A stretch of DNA of 64,000 nt from an uncultured Bartonella sp. GTDB lineage: Bacteria; Pseudomonadota; Alphaproteobacteria; Rhizobiales; Rhizobiaceae. Within the stretch, counting starts at the first letter, position 1. Each line of letters opens with the position of its first letter. The notes under the pieces are model-generated. The model did no database searches. It was not told where the DNA came from and saw nothing but the letters and a program-made list of their open reading frames with translations. The stretch is taken from NCBI RefSeq assembly GCF_946479275.1, contig NZ_CAMLFE010000002.1, forward strand, positions 222,482-286,481. Direction: 5' to 3'. Positions 40,386 through 51,394 of the stretch are shown one piece after another. Both the position numbers and the translations under genes were made by a program.

Positions 40386-41585
40386 ATGACCCAAAACAAT
40401 GCGCAACCACTTTATGATACTTTTGCACGTATCGGTTTGCGCTTTACGCGAGGAAATGGAGCCTGGCTAATCTCCGACAATGGTGAACGCTACCTTGACT
40501 TTACCTCCGGTATTGCGGTCAATGCGCTTGGCCATAACCACCCGAAGCTTGTAAAAGCCGTTGAAGAACAGGCCAACAAGCTCTGGCACGTATCAAACCT
40601 TTTTCAATCTCCCGAACAGGAAAAAGTAGCAGAGAGACTTTGTGCAAACAGTTTTGCCAACAAGGTGTTTTTCTGTAATTCGGGTGCCGAAGCAATCGAA
40701 TGCGCGATCAAAACAGCCAGACGTTACCAATATGTCAGTGGCCACCCGGAACGCTATGAAATCATAACTTTTGAAGGTGCTTTTCACGGCCGTACACTGG
40801 CCACTCTTGCAGCTGGCGGCCAACAAAAATACCTTGAAGGTTTCGGACCGAAAGCGCAAGGTTTCATACAGGTTCCTTTTGACGATGAAAAGGCATTGCG
40901 AGCAGCAATCGGTGAAAAGACTGCCGCTCTTCTTATCGAACCTATTCAAGGTGAAAGCGGATTGCGTCCGGTGCCGAAGGAATTCATGCAATTATTGCGC
41001 CGCATCTGTGATGAAAACAGCCTGCTCTTTATCGTTGACGAAGTCCAAACCGGTATGGGGCGCACGGGCAAACTTTTTGCCTATCAATGGTCAAATATCG
41101 AGCCGGATATCATGGCGCTTGCCAAAGGCCTTGGTGGCGGTTTTCCGATTGGCGCCTGCCTTGCAACCAAAGAGGCAGCAAAAGGTATGACACCTGGCAC
41201 CCACGGTTCGACATTCGGCGGGAACCTTCTTGCAATGGCTGCTGCCAATGCGGTGCTTGACGTCATGTTGGCCGATGGCTTCCTCGACCATGTCAATGCC
41301 ATGGCCAATCTTTTCAAACAGGGATTGGCTTCTATCATCGACAGGTTTCCCGATGTCGTTCAATCCATTCGCGGTATCGGGCTTTTAACAGGGCTTAAAT
41401 GCGTAGTCCCGAACGTCGAACTTATTGCCGCTATGCGGGATGAAAAACTTTTAACCGTTGGCGCAGGAAATAATGTTATCCGCCTCTTGCCACCGCTCAT
41501 TGTGACCGAGGATGAAATCCGTGACGGCCTTCACCGCATTGAAAAAGCTGTCCAATACGTTTCTAATGCCCACAAACAAAAATAG
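40386..41585 (+). CDS. argD: Acetylornithine/succinyl-diaminopimelate-type class III aminotransferase
   Basis: 399-aa ORF with [11 protein letters not shown], the [18 protein letters not shown] region and [11 protein letters not shown]. It lies directly upstream of argF. Confidence 0.88.
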   Translation: MTQNNAQPLYDTFARIGLRFTRGNGAWLISDNGERYLDFTSGIAVNALGHNHPKLVKAVEEQANKLWHVSNLFQSPEQEKVAERLCANSFANKVFFCNSGAEAIECAIKTARRYQYVSGHPERYEIITFEGAFHGRTLATLAAGGQQKYLEGFGPKAQGFIQVPFDDEKALRAAIGEKTAALLIEPIQGESGLRPVPKEFMQLLRRICDENSLLFIVDEVQTGMGRTGKLFAYQWSNIEPDIMALAKGLGGGFPIGACLATKEAAKGMTPGTHGSTFGGNLLAMAAANAVLDVMLADGFLDHVNAMANLFKQGLASIIDRFPDVVQSIRGIGLLTGLKCVVPNVELIAAMRDEKLLTVGAGNNVIRLLPPLIVTEDEIRDGLHRIEKAVQYVSNAHKQK

Positions 41586-41595
41586 GCTTGTTATT

Positions 41596-42519
41596 ATGAC
41601 GAAGAATATTCGCCACTTCACTGATCTTTCAATTCTTTCACCAGAAACTGCACGCGAAATTATCGAGCATGCCAAAAAGGTCAAAGCTCTTCTTAAAAAA
41701 GGGCAGTCGGAAAAACCGTTTATTGGCAAAACGCTTGCCATGATTTTCGAGAAACCGTCAACACGAACTCGCGTTTCGTTCGATGTCGGAATGCATCAAT
41801 TGGGCGGAGAGACTATCATGCTTACCGGCTCGGAAATGCAACTTGGCCACAGCGAAACGATTGCCGATACTGCACGTGTCCTTTCGCGCTTTGTCGATAT
41901 TATCATGATCAGGACAACGGCTCATACCAGAATGCTGGAACTCGCAGAATATGCCGGTGTTCCCGTAATCAATGCTTTGACAGACGACACCCATCCTTGT
42001 CAAATTTTGGCTGACATTATGACCTATGAAGAACATCGCGGACCAATCAAGGGCAAAACTTTCGCGTGGATGGGCGACGGGAACAATGTTTTGCATTCTT
42101 TCATTGAAGCATCCGCACTTTTCAAATTCAATTTGAGAATTGCAACGCCAAAAGGTAGCGAACCGCAACAAAAATACATTGATTGGGCGCGTCAGCATGG
42201 TGCCGATATCGTTCTCACCAATAACGCCGAAGAGGCCGCCAAAAATGCCGATTGCATTGTTACCGATACATGGGTTTCTATGGGACAGGAATTCCGTGCC
42301 CGTGGCCGTAATGTTTTTCAGCCCTATCAAGTCAACGAAGCATTGATGAATTTGGCAAAGCCGGATGCCTTGTTCATGCATTGTCTTCCTGCCCACCGTG
42401 GTGAAGAAGTTGTCGACGCTGTCATTGACGGCCCGCATTCTGTTGTTTTTGACGAAGCAGAAAACCGCTTGCACGCCCAAAAAGCTGTTCTTGAGTGGTG
42501 CTTGCAGGCGTTAAAATAA
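41596..42519 (+). CDS. argF: Ornithine carbamoyltransferase
   Basis: Motifs [27 protein letters not shown] and [13 protein letters not shown] at 41596 ([11 protein letters not shown]). The ORF-track start lies inside argD. Confidence 0.95.
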   Translation: MTKNIRHFTDLSILSPETAREIIEHAKKVKALLKKGQSEKPFIGKTLAMIFEKPSTRTRVSFDVGMHQLGGETIMLTGSEMQLGHSETIADTARVLSRFVDIIMIRTTAHTRMLELAEYAGVPVINALTDDTHPCQILADIMTYEEHRGPIKGKTFAWMGDGNNVLHSFIEASALFKFNLRIATPKGSEPQQKYIDWARQHGADIVLTNNAEEAAKNADCIVTDTWVSMGQEFRARGRNVFQPYQVNEALMNLAKPDALFMHCLPAHRGEEVVDAVIDGPHSVVFDEAENRLHAQKAVLEWCLQALK

Positions 42520-42705
42520 TACCTATCTATAAGACTACTTGCAAAAGGTTCTACTGTTTTATCAGCTTCAGGCATTATGAAGTATTCATCTGAACAACAT
42601 GTCCAGAGACTTCATTGTGCCGGAGCATCTTTATTTTTTATAAAGTAAAACCGGTTGCAACCGTTTTGGCAATAATGCTCTTGCAGTCTTTAAGGAAATG
42701 CGGTT

Positions 42706-43743
42706 TTGACAAAAGAAATGAATGTAAACGACCAATCGGCTCAAAGTAAAAAGAGCCCTTCCCTTGGTGATTTCAATTTTGCTGGCGATGATGCTGTTGT
42801 GCCTTTCGAAGTGGAAGAGCTTGACGCACGTGGCCGCGCTGTACAATTGGGAACCGCGGTCAACAGCATTTTGTCGCGCCACCACTATCCCGAACCGGTA
42901 GCGCGGTTGCTGGCTGAAGCAATGGTTTTGACCGTTTTACTCGGCACATCATTGAAATTTGATGGTAAATTCATTTTGCAGACCAGTTCTGACGGACCGG
43001 TCAATCTTCTAGTATGCGATTTTAAAACCCCGTCCAGTTTGCGCGCTTATGCAAGATTTGATGACAAAAAACTTGAAGAGGCTGTAGCTTCCGGTCACCA
43101 TGCACCTGAAGAACTTCTTGGTAAAGGAACTTTGGCACTCACCATCGATCAGGGCGAACATATGCAACGTTATCAAGGTATTGTTGCACTTGACGGTTCG
43201 AATCTGGAAGAAATAGCGCGTAACTATTTCAAACAGTCCGAGCAGATTCCGACCGAAGTCAAACTTGGCGTTGCAACACTTTTCGACCGCGATGAAAATG
43301 GCCATTCAAGAGAAAGCTGGCGTGCTGGCGGTGTGCTCGTCCAACATCTTCCGAAGTCTTCCATCGAAAACCCAAACGGCAAAAAAATTGATAAAAAAGC
43401 CGATCTCGACCATTGGACAGAAGTCAAGGCACTTGTCGATACGATCGAAAGTTCCGAGATGACAGATCCTCAAGTGGGTGCGGAAAGATTATTGTTCAGG
43501 TTGTTCCACGAACATGGTGTCAGGGTTTTTAATGCAAGAGCTATCCTTGATCAATGTTCATGCTCGCGTAAAAAAATAGAAAATGTCTTGAATACTTTCA
43601 CAGCGGACGAGATAAACTCCAGCATTGAAAATGGCAGAATTACTGTAAAGTGTGAATTCTGTTCGACGGTATATAATTTCAATCCGGAAGAATTCCGGAA
43701 AACTCAAGACAATGTAGCCGATCTGAAGGCTAAACAAAATTGA
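42706..43743 (+). CDS. hslO: Redox-regulated chaperone Hsp33
   Basis: 345-aa ORF with the C-terminal zinc centre CSCSRKK...CEFCSTVY. The N-terminal start is uncertain: TTG at 42706 or ATG at 42718. Confidence 0.92.
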   Translation: MTKEMNVNDQSAQSKKSPSLGDFNFAGDDAVVPFEVEELDARGRAVQLGTAVNSILSRHHYPEPVARLLAEAMVLTVLLGTSLKFDGKFILQTSSDGPVNLLVCDFKTPSSLRAYARFDDKKLEEAVASGHHAPEELLGKGTLALTIDQGEHMQRYQGIVALDGSNLEEIARNYFKQSEQIPTEVKLGVATLFDRDENGHSRESWRAGGVLVQHLPKSSIENPNGKKIDKKADLDHWTEVKALVDTIESSEMTDPQVGAERLLFRLFHEHGVRVFNARAILDQCSCSRKKIENVLNTFTADEINSSIENGRITVKCEFCSTVYNFNPEEFRKTQDNVADLKAKQN

Positions 43744-44479
43744 TAAATGCAATGCAGCCAATTGGCTGCGTTGCCTCATCTTGCTTTTGTGTATGTCCTA
43801 TCACGTAAACCGATGATGTAAACTATTAAGCGCTTTTCGATCTAATCGTGTCGGTTTACAAGGTTTCTGTTTTCTTGAAAATTTGAAAAGGTCGAAGAAT
43901 ATCATTAGGGAACAACCGGATTTAAGCTGGTAACATTCACGCTCTTCCGTCCTTCTCTATTTCTTCCTATCTACCGGATTGGTGTTTCACCTTGTCGCCT
44001 GCTCAAATAATTGTCGAAATGGCTTTAACACTATCGTTTGAGTTGATGCCTTTCGCCATTCATCGGTTCTAAACAAGGGCAAATAAAGTTTTTTAAGGAA
44101 TTTCATCAATCTTTTCTCAAAACAGTTTTCAAATCGGGAAAAGTACAGATGATGAAATGCAAAAAACGAGACTGGTGCTTCCTCTATTTTTGCTCGTTAA
44201 TTTTTTTGGCTTCACCATTAAAGACAAGTGTCCTTTCGCTCCTCAAATCACGTTATTTCATAAATAGTAGTGAGGAAGTTCTTGAAGGGCTTAAAATGAT
44301 TGGATAGTGCAATCGAACCCTCTTAAAATTGCCGGAATCATTCTGCTATTTTAATGATAGAGCGGAGTGAAAAATCCGGTTTCAGATTTAACGCACAGGT
44401 TTTAACATTTTTCAAAATCTTTCCATGTTGGCCACATTCAATAAAAACATTTGTTCAGAAAAATCGGAGCTTTAAGCCA

Positions 44480-46552
44480 ATGCGCTTGACTGATGATGAC
44501 CGCGCATTGCCGCCGCAAAGGGGTTCCCGTTCCAAAGGGGGCAAAACATGGGAAACGGGAAGAAGACACGGGTTCATTTTCCGGCTGGTCAAATGGTGTT
44601 TTGTATTAGCAATATGGGGAGCTATCGCAATTGCCGGCTATGTCGGTTATGTTGCGCTCAGAATGCCGCAAGCATCGACTTGGGACATTCCCCAACGCCC
44701 GCCGAATGTGCGTATTATTGATCGTAACGGATTCCTGATAGCCAATCGCGGCACTACAGGTGGTGAAGCCCTTTCACTAAAAGAGATGAGCCCGTGGATA
44801 CCAAAGGCTGTGGTGGCAATTGAAGACCGCCGTTTTTACGACCATTATGGTGTTGATCCGATTGGAATTGCGCGCGCAATGGTAACCAATATTATCCATA
44901 GCCGCAGCAAACAGGGCGGTTCGACACTGACCCAACAATTGGCCAAGAATTTGTTTCTTTCTCCCGATAGAACATTGGAAAGAAAGGTGCAGGAAGCGCT
45001 GCTTGCGCTCTGGCTCGAGCATAAATACACCAAGGACCTGATCCTGGAAATGTACTTGAACCGCGTTTATCTTGGTTCGGGCGCTTATGGTGTCGAGGCA
45101 GCCTCAAGGCGATATTTCGGAAAATCGGCAAAAGATGTTGATCTGATGGAAGCCGCAACTCTGGCGGGATTACTGAAAGCGCCCTCGCGCCTTTCTCCTG
45201 CTCGTGATCCCAAAGCTGCCAATGACCGCGCCAAACTCGTTCTTGCTGCCATGAAAGAAGAAGGCATGGTGAATGACGCCGAGGTAGCGATGGCAGAAGC
45301 CGAACCGATGGCGAGGGCTGAATCTTATTGGACAGGTTCGGAAAACTATGTCGCCGATCAGGTCGTTCAACAATTACCATTTCTGATTGGCGAGACCGAT
45401 AAGGACATTGTTGTTGAAACCACACTTGATATGACACTTGAAAGGGCTGCCGAAGAGGCAATCCGCACACAAATTTCCGAAAATGGAGAAAAACGCGACG
45501 TTAGTCAGGGTGCACTTGTATCAATTGATAAAAGCGGGGCAATCCGTGCCATGGTTGGCGGTGTCGACTATGCGCAAAGCCAGTTCAACCGCGCAACCGA
45601 TGCAAAAAGACAACCCGGTTCAACGTTCAAGCCTTTTGTCTATCTTGCAGCACTTGAAGCCGGTCGTACCCCCAACACAATTCGTAATGACGCACCGGTC
45701 AAAATTGGCAACTGGACGCCGAGAAATTATGGCGGCAAATATATGGGCGAGGTTACATTGACTACCGCTCTATCCCATTCGCTGAACTCCGTTGCTGCCC
45801 AATTGATTATGGAAGTCGGTACCGACAAGGTTATCGAAGTGGCTCACCGTCTCGGTATCCATTCGGCACTGTCAGATAATGCCTCTATTGCGCTTGGCAC
45901 ATCGGAAGTGAGCTTACTTGAATTGACCGGTGCATTTGTGCCTTTTGCCAATGGCGGTTATAAGCCGCAATTGCGTCTAATTTCGAAAGTAGAAGATACG
46001 AACGGTAAAACAATTTATGATTTTGGTGAAATTACTGCCAATCGTGTTGTCGAACCGGATATTGTCGGCATGATGAATGCAATGCTTGAACAGACTGTCG
46101 AGAATGGCACAGCACGAAAAGCTGCGATCGATCGTCCGTCAGCCGGAAAAACCGGTACGAGTCAGGATTTTCGTGATGCGTGGTTTATCGGCTACACAAC
46201 TGATTATGTAACAGGCATATGGTTCGGCAATGACGATGGCCATCCGATGAAAACAATCTCTGGCGGATCGCTTCCTGTGCGCGCATGGAAATCCTATATG
46301 ACGGTTGCCGAAAAGTCGTTGCCGGTTTCGCCGCTTCCGGGCAATTATAATCTGCAAAATGCAGTTCCAGGAGGCAACGATATTTTGCCTGAAAGTGAAC
46401 AACCGTCGACAACGCCTTATCCGGCTCCACCGCCTGAACCGGGAAGTAGTGACGATTATTGGGCTCCCCGTCCACAAGCCGACGTGAATGGTCAGGCTCA
46501 GCCGGTACAAACCAAAAAACGTTCATTCTTCGACTTTTTACGTGGCCGATGA
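44480..46552 (+). CDS. Class A (bifunctional) penicillin-binding protein, PBP1A family
   Basis: Glycosyltransferase-51 motifs EDRRFYDHYGVDP, GGSTLTQQLAKN and RKVQEA. Transpeptidase motifs STFKP, SLN and KTGTS. The ATG at 44480 is preceded by GGAG. The C-terminal tail is Pro-rich. Confidence 0.92.
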   Translation: MRLTDDDRALPPQRGSRSKGGKTWETGRRHGFIFRLVKWCFVLAIWGAIAIAGYVGYVALRMPQASTWDIPQRPPNVRIIDRNGFLIANRGTTGGEALSLKEMSPWIPKAVVAIEDRRFYDHYGVDPIGIARAMVTNIIHSRSKQGGSTLTQQLAKNLFLSPDRTLERKVQEALLALWLEHKYTKDLILEMYLNRVYLGSGAYGVEAASRRYFGKSAKDVDLMEAATLAGLLKAPSRLSPARDPKAANDRAKLVLAAMKEEGMVNDAEVAMAEAEPMARAESYWTGSENYVADQVVQQLPFLIGETDKDIVVETTLDMTLERAAEEAIRTQISENGEKRDVSQGALVSIDKSGAIRAMVGGVDYAQSQFNRATDAKRQPGSTFKPFVYLAALEAGRTPNTIRNDAPVKIGNWTPRNYGGKYMGEVTLTTALSHSLNSVAAQLIMEVGTDKVIEVAHRLGIHSALSDNASIALGTSEVSLLELTGAFVPFANGGYKPQLRLISKVEDTNGKTIYDFGEITANRVVEPDIVGMMNAMLEQTVENGTARKAAIDRPSAGKTGTSQDFRDAWFIGYTTDYVTGIWFGNDDGHPMKTISGGSLPVRAWKSYMTVAEKSLPVSPLPGNYNLQNAVPGGNDILPESEQPSTTPYPAPPPEPGSSDDYWAPRPQADVNGQAQPVQTKKRSFFDFLRGR

Positions 46553-46658
46553 CAAGGAATGCGCTAAAAATAGCTAATGTCGCTGGCAATTTGCCATCAA
46601 CACGATAAAAGTAATTTTTACGGGCTAAATATTTTCAATTTCCAGATAGAGTAAGCAC

Positions 46659-47624
46659 ATGCCAAAAATCGCCAAGAAGCTGTGTTTTATCATACCGTTA
46701 ATTCTATCGTTCATGGGTGAGGCGGAAGCTTTAACTGTCGTGCCTGCGGGCAACCGTAACGCGGTGCAGCCGCCGGTTCCCGGTGCATCGGCAAAGCGCA
46801 CGCGCGAACTTTCTACAAGTTATGCTGCAAAATATGCCAAAATCTATAATCTGTTAAAGAATGACACAAAATTAAGGGCGCGCATTGTCGCAACCGCAAA
46901 AGATTACGGCATCAACCCTATTCATATCGCAGGAGCAATCATCGGTGAACACACCTATAATGTCGATGTCTATGACCGTTTGCAGACCTATTATGTCAAG
47001 GGCATGTCCTATCTTAATCAAGGTGTACAATTTGCCTATAACGGGGAAGATGTAACGGATTTTGTCAAACGCAAACAGTTTTCCCCGTGTAACGGGCTTT
47101 CCGACAGCTATAGATTATGGACATGTCGAGAAAATATTTGGGACAAGGATTTTCGAGGCAAAACAGTCGACGGGAAAAAATATCCCGATAACCGTTTCAG
47201 TGCGGTATTTTTCCAACCATTTTTTGCCGGTCAAACTTTCGGATTAGGACAGGTTAATCCGCTCACAGCTTTGATGATGTCGGATCGGGTTAACCGGATT
47301 TCCGGTTTGCCCAAGCTTTCTGCGGAAAATGGCGGACAAGTCTATAAAACTATTATGGATCCCGATCAGACCATTCCCTATATTGCAGCAACAATCCGCC
47401 AGTCCATCGACGCTTACCGCCAAATTGCCGACTTTGATATTTCAGAAAATCCCGGTTTGACTGCCACACTCTATAATACGGGAGGAGCAGAAGCACGTGC
47501 ACGGGCACTGGCAGAAGAAAACAAACGGGCAGTGGCACGTGGCGAAAAACCGAAATTGCCGCAAGAAAATTATTACGGCTGGTTCGTCAACAGCAAAATC
47601 GACGATTTAAAAAAACTGTTTTAA
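46659..47624 (+). CDS. Secreted protein of unknown function (possibly the Rhizobiales-restricted DUF1402 family; recollection only)
   Basis: 321-aa ORF with the signal peptide MPKIAKKLCFIIPLILSFMGEAEA. I recognise no catalytic motif. It lies 106 nt downstream of the PBP gene on the same strand. Confidence 0.65.
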   Translation: MPKIAKKLCFIIPLILSFMGEAEALTVVPAGNRNAVQPPVPGASAKRTRELSTSYAAKYAKIYNLLKNDTKLRARIVATAKDYGINPIHIAGAIIGEHTYNVDVYDRLQTYYVKGMSYLNQGVQFAYNGEDVTDFVKRKQFSPCNGLSDSYRLWTCRENIWDKDFRGKTVDGKKYPDNRFSAVFFQPFFAGQTFGLGQVNPLTALMMSDRVNRISGLPKLSAENGGQVYKTIMDPDQTIPYIAATIRQSIDAYRQIADFDISENPGLTATLYNTGGAEARARALAEENKRAVARGEKPKLPQENYYGWFVNSKIDDLKKLF

Positions 47625-48083
47625 GGTCTTGGCCTTTCCCGCTTTGGCGATTTTTACAGCATTTTATTGATCTTACGGACGGATTTTCGTGGTCAGGCTC
47701 ATAGGATTGTTTGATAAGCTTTTTAAGACATCGCCATCACTTGATTAAGATGTCATCGAGAAAGTGATAAAGTCCTGCTCACCATTTTCCTACATCTTAA
47801 CGGAATAAAACGCAGGTATTTTTGCCAAAGCATAGATTAACTTCTGCCTGAACAATGGGAAAAATAGAAAATCAACAGGCAGCTGTGAATCGACAACACA
47901 AACTATCTAAAACGGGTAGTTTATATGAAACAGGTAATCGGCGCAGATTGAACTTGGCTAAAGATATTGTTTTCCATGCTCTATTTTTTAAAGCAAGCAA
48001 AACGATCGACTTACGATCCATCGGAAATTTTTTAAAACAAGCTTGTTGAAATTGATACATTGCCTATTTCGCTTGTCATATAA

Positions 48084-48647
48084 TCAAATTTTTGCTTGCC
48101 GCCTCAACCGGACATAGAGTGCACCTTTTCCGCCATGATTTCTCGGTGCATCGTCAAATGAAGATACAATCTGCCGGAAAGGTGCAGTCTCTAGCCAATG
48201 GGGAACGGCCTGCCGCAAAACACCTTCACTGCCATGTGACAAACCTTTTCCGGTAATGACAAGCACATGACGCAAACCGCGATGGCGTGCAGACTGCAAG
48301 AAGTTGAGGAGCAATGAGTAGGCTTCATCGCGATAAAGGCCGTGAAGGTCGACGCGTCCCTCAATCTCGACACGTCCTTGAGAAATCTTCCGATAAGTCG
48401 GCTTATCAAACGGAAAAAGCTGCAGCGGAGCCTTTATTCCGTCAGTATTGTCATCGTTTATATTGTTAAGCCTCGCCTGTCTGGCGATTTCCATCGAAAA
48501 AAGAGCAGGCATATCCTTGATCTCGACAGTGAGCCGCTCGGATTTTTCCAAGGGAATTGCAGTACTTCTTACCTTGTCCCATAAAATACGGTCTTCAAGT
48601 TTCAGCCGATCGAACTGTTCCCGATTATCGTCACGAGCCATCGTCAT
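48084..48647 (-). CDS. Smr-domain protein
   Basis: 187-aa ORF with a C-terminal Smr domain: VDLHGLYRDEAYSLLLNFLQSARHRGLRHVLVITGKG. Confidence 0.85.
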   Translation of the reverse strand: MTMARDDNREQFDRLKLEDRILWDKVRSTAIPLEKSERLTVEIKDMPALFSMEIARQARLNNINDDNTDGIKAPLQLFPFDKPTYRKISQGRVEIEGRVDLHGLYRDEAYSLLLNFLQSARHRGLRHVLVITGKGLSHGSEGVLRQAVPHWLETAPFRQIVSSFDDAPRNHGGKGALYVRLRRQAKI

Positions 48648-48710
48648 CCAACCTTCACGTTATACGCCCGATGTAATCGGCTGAAGCTCTCCTAGCACTT
48701 TTAAAAAAAA

Positions 48711-49400
48711 TTATTCACCATCTTCTGTGCCGATAATTTTCCAATTCGGATCGCGCGATTTGACATTCCGTGCAAACGTCCAGATATCTTTGATTTCAGC
48801 TATTGTTTGCGGGTCACCATCAATAAGCTTCTGGCTATCATCGTAAGTGGCCGAGATGATCTCGCTCTCGACCCTTATCGTCAGTTGCGCAATATCTGCA
48901 TCACACGAAGCATCGACAATGTCTATTTTATCAATGCCGACAAATGTGAATTTGACATTTTCACCTTTTTTATCACGCTCATCAATTGCAGCAGAAAATC
49001 CGGCATAAACTTCGTCGGATAAAAGCGATTTCAGTGTTTTCTTATCCCCCTTGGCAAAAGCTGTTACGACCATTTCATAAGCCACTCTCGCACCATCCAG
49101 AAATGAATTGGGTGAAAATGTCGGGCCTTCTTTGCGGATAGCGCGCAATCCTTTGTTAAGGTCACTGTCCTCAGGGGCAATTTTATCAATATCAGAAAAA
49201 TCATCAGCTGCTTTGACTTCCGGCTTTGACAATGCAACAACGGTATCGGTTTCCTTGTCTTCCGCTTTTTCAGCTTGACGTGAATAGGGGTCGAAAGGCG
49301 GCCGTTCAAATCCTGTGCGTTTTCCCAACACACTGCGTAGCTGCAAAAAAACCACTACAGCAATAACCAGAGCAATAACCAGTACAATGTCGAAATCCAT
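48711..49400 (-). CDS. Tim44-like domain membrane-anchored protein
   Basis: 229-aa ORF with an N-terminal TM segment (DFDIVLVIALVIAVVVFL) and a C-terminal domain resembling the Tim44 C-terminal fold (FLDGARVAYEMVVTAFAKGD...WTFARNVKSRDPNWKI). It is conserved next to secB/fxsA in alphaproteobacteria. Confidence 0.78.
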   Translation of the reverse strand: MDFDIVLVIALVIAVVVFLQLRSVLGKRTGFERPPFDPYSRQAEKAEDKETDTVVALSKPEVKAADDFSDIDKIAPEDSDLNKGLRAIRKEGPTFSPNSFLDGARVAYEMVVTAFAKGDKKTLKSLLSDEVYAGFSAAIDERDKKGENVKFTFVGIDKIDIVDASCDADIAQLTIRVESEIISATYDDSQKLIDGDPQTIAEIKDIWTFARNVKSRDPNWKIIGTEDGE

Positions 49401-49583
49401 CTGCGCGGCCGATCTCCAAAACTCGAAAAATGGATATCACCACAGCAATGCGGTGATAAAAGTTGATTTAAATATATAGAACAGCAAAAGCCATCATTCA
49501 AATATGGCTTTTTAATCCCTATTTAAAGAAGGAATTGTACTATAGAGCACATTAAGCTCATAAAAACCGTCGAAAGGATAGCG

Positions 49584-50108
49584 TTGGTGGGAAATATCTA
49601 CCGTAACACACCCAATATTGCCGGCGTGATTTTCGTCATAACAATTTTTATCGAGATTGCAGGTTTCATCATTGTTGGAAAAGAGATAGGCGTCCTTGCA
49701 ACATTGGGGCTTATCATTCTGTCTATGATCGTCGGATTTATCCTTCTGCGTATTCAGGGAATTACACTTCTTGCCAAAATGCAGCACGAACTTGCTGCCG
49801 GCCGTATACCTGACCGCGAACTTGCCCACGGTGCATTGCTTATCATGGCCGCTATCCTCCTGATCATTCCAGGTTTTGTTACCGACATTATCGGCCTTTT
49901 ACTCTTTATCCCGCAAATACGTGATCTCTTATGGAAATGGGTATCAAAAAGAATGACCATCCACACCACTTTTTCATCCGGTTTTAGAGAAAATAGTTAC
50001 GATAACAGCCATTCGCAAACAATCGATCTTGATGCCGAGGATTATCATTCATCCGACCCCGAACATTCTCCATGGCGTAAAGACGACGATAACAAGCGTC
50101 TGAATTGA
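49584..50108 (+). CDS. fxsA: FxsA-family inner-membrane protein
   Basis: 174-aa ORF with FIEIAGFIIVGKEIG and LLIIPGFVTDIIGLLLFIP motifs. The start codon is non-ATG and uncertain. Confidence 0.8.
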   Translation: MVGNIYRNTPNIAGVIFVITIFIEIAGFIIVGKEIGVLATLGLIILSMIVGFILLRIQGITLLAKMQHELAAGRIPDRELAHGALLIMAAILLIIPGFVTDIIGLLLFIPQIRDLLWKWVSKRMTIHTTFSSGFRENSYDNSHSQTIDLDAEDYHSSDPEHSPWRKDDDNKRLN

Positions 50109-50233
50109 TAATCAAGCGAAAAATAGTGAAAGGCGGTGCCCCTTTTATTGCAACAATGCCCGCGACATGCTAGCCCGTAGTATCTCTAACCCCTCATGGC
50201 GCATTTTGGCGCTAATAATAGAAGGTTTTCATT

Positions 50234-50713
50234 ATGGCCGAAGGCGAAGCAAATAAAAATGGCGAAGCTCCCGTATTCACGGTTCTAACGCAGTATCTCA
50301 AGGATTTTTCATTTGAAAGCCCGAATGCTCCACAGGCATTGAGACCACGCGAAAAAGCACCCGAAATCAATATCGGTATCAACGTCAATGCAAATCCGAT
50401 GGAAGATGATAATTATGACGTTGTCCTTTCGCTCACAGCCAAAGCTGGCGAAGGCAAGGATATGCTATTCAACGTCGAATTGGTCTATGGCGGTGTTTTT
50501 CGTGTAAAAAACATTCCTCAGGAACATGTTATGCCGCTGGTTTTCATTGAATGCCCGCGCTTGCTCTTTCCTTTCGCACGCCAGATCGTTGCCGATGCAA
50601 CACGTAATGGCGGCTTCCCGCCTTTGATGATCGACCCGATCGACTTTGCAGGACTGTTCCAGAAGCGCGTTGCTGAAGAACAGGCAAAAGCACAAAAGTC
50701 CAATCCTTCGTAA
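50234..50713 (+). CDS. secB: Protein-export chaperone SecB
   Basis: 159-aa ORF with the motifs [13 protein letters not shown] and [32 protein letters not shown]. Confidence 0.95.
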   Translation: MAEGEANKNGEAPVFTVLTQYLKDFSFESPNAPQALRPREKAPEINIGINVNANPMEDDNYDVVLSLTAKAGEGKDMLFNVELVYGGVFRVKNIPQEHVMPLVFIECPRLLFPFARQIVADATRNGGFPPLMIDPIDFAGLFQKRVAEEQAKAQKSNPS

Positions 50714-50742
50714 GAATCTAAAATTTCTCCGATCAATCCAAT

Positions 50743-50771
50743 ATTCCCGCGAAATTCGCGGGAATTTTTTT
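50743..50771 (+). terminator. Intrinsic terminator of secB
   Basis: ATTCCCGCGAA/TTCGCGGGAAT hairpin followed by TTTTTTT. Confidence 0.75.
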
Positions 50772-51312
50772 ATCTTGTTCCCATTCCCTCACCCAATCCA
50801 TTCCCTCGCCCAACATTGACAAGATAATAGCGTGGCTCGCCCAAGATAGACAAAGTAACGACTGTACCCGTCTTTTGTCGTTTAATTTTCAAAACAAAAT
50901 ATTTTAAAAAGCGGACCGAAGAGCATTTCAGTTAATCGGTTGCAAAACGGAACTTTATTGATTGTTCAAAGCAAGAAAAATCCATTCCCCCTTGCTGTTG
51001 ATAACAGTCAGGGCAACTGACACCACACTTATCAAACCGGATTATATAGTTCGAGTTCCAATCATATGAGGTGAGTATTGGCAAAGAAGTACCTGCCCGA
51101 TTTTTTAAAAGCGGGGAAAACATCCCCATTTTAATCGCTACAACATAAGCTGATAGCCGCTTTGTCCCACAAGGATTTTTAAAAATCCTTCTATTTTGGA
51201 AATCCTTATTGAACGCGCTTTATCTGCCACGCGAATGAAGCTTTAGTAACGCCGCTTTCCCGCTAATAATGAAAAACGGCAACTCAATTAAAAACTGGAA
51301 AAACTATCGTAT

Positions 51313-51340
51313 ATAAAAAACCCGCCTTTTAAGGCGGGTT
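51313..51340 (-). terminator. Intrinsic terminator of rpsA
   Basis: The minus-strand RNA reads AACCCGCC-UUAAAA-GGCGGGUU followed by UUUUUAUAU. Confidence 0.75.
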
Positions 51341-51394
51341 TCCCGATTTTGTCTAAAACCATCGCAGTCACCTGTGACGACAGGAGCGGAACGA

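Noticed and set aside
44150-44308. 52-codon plus-strand ORF (MMKCKKRDWCFLYFCSLIFLASPLK...) in the 736-bp hslO-PBP spacer, with a signal-peptide-like start.
   Set aside because: The upstream Shine-Dalgarno is weak and I have no conservation evidence. The hydrophobic stretch is Phe/Leu-rich, as expected from AT-rich DNA. It is worth a tblastn check, but not reportable as a feature.
50932-51129. 65-aa minus-strand ORF in the secB-rpsA spacer; similarly 14851..15051, 21543..21764, 37837..38070 and 47855..48060.
   Set aside because: These are short, have no recognisable motifs or ribosome-binding sites, and sit in spacers or overlap gene ends. I cannot support them as genes.
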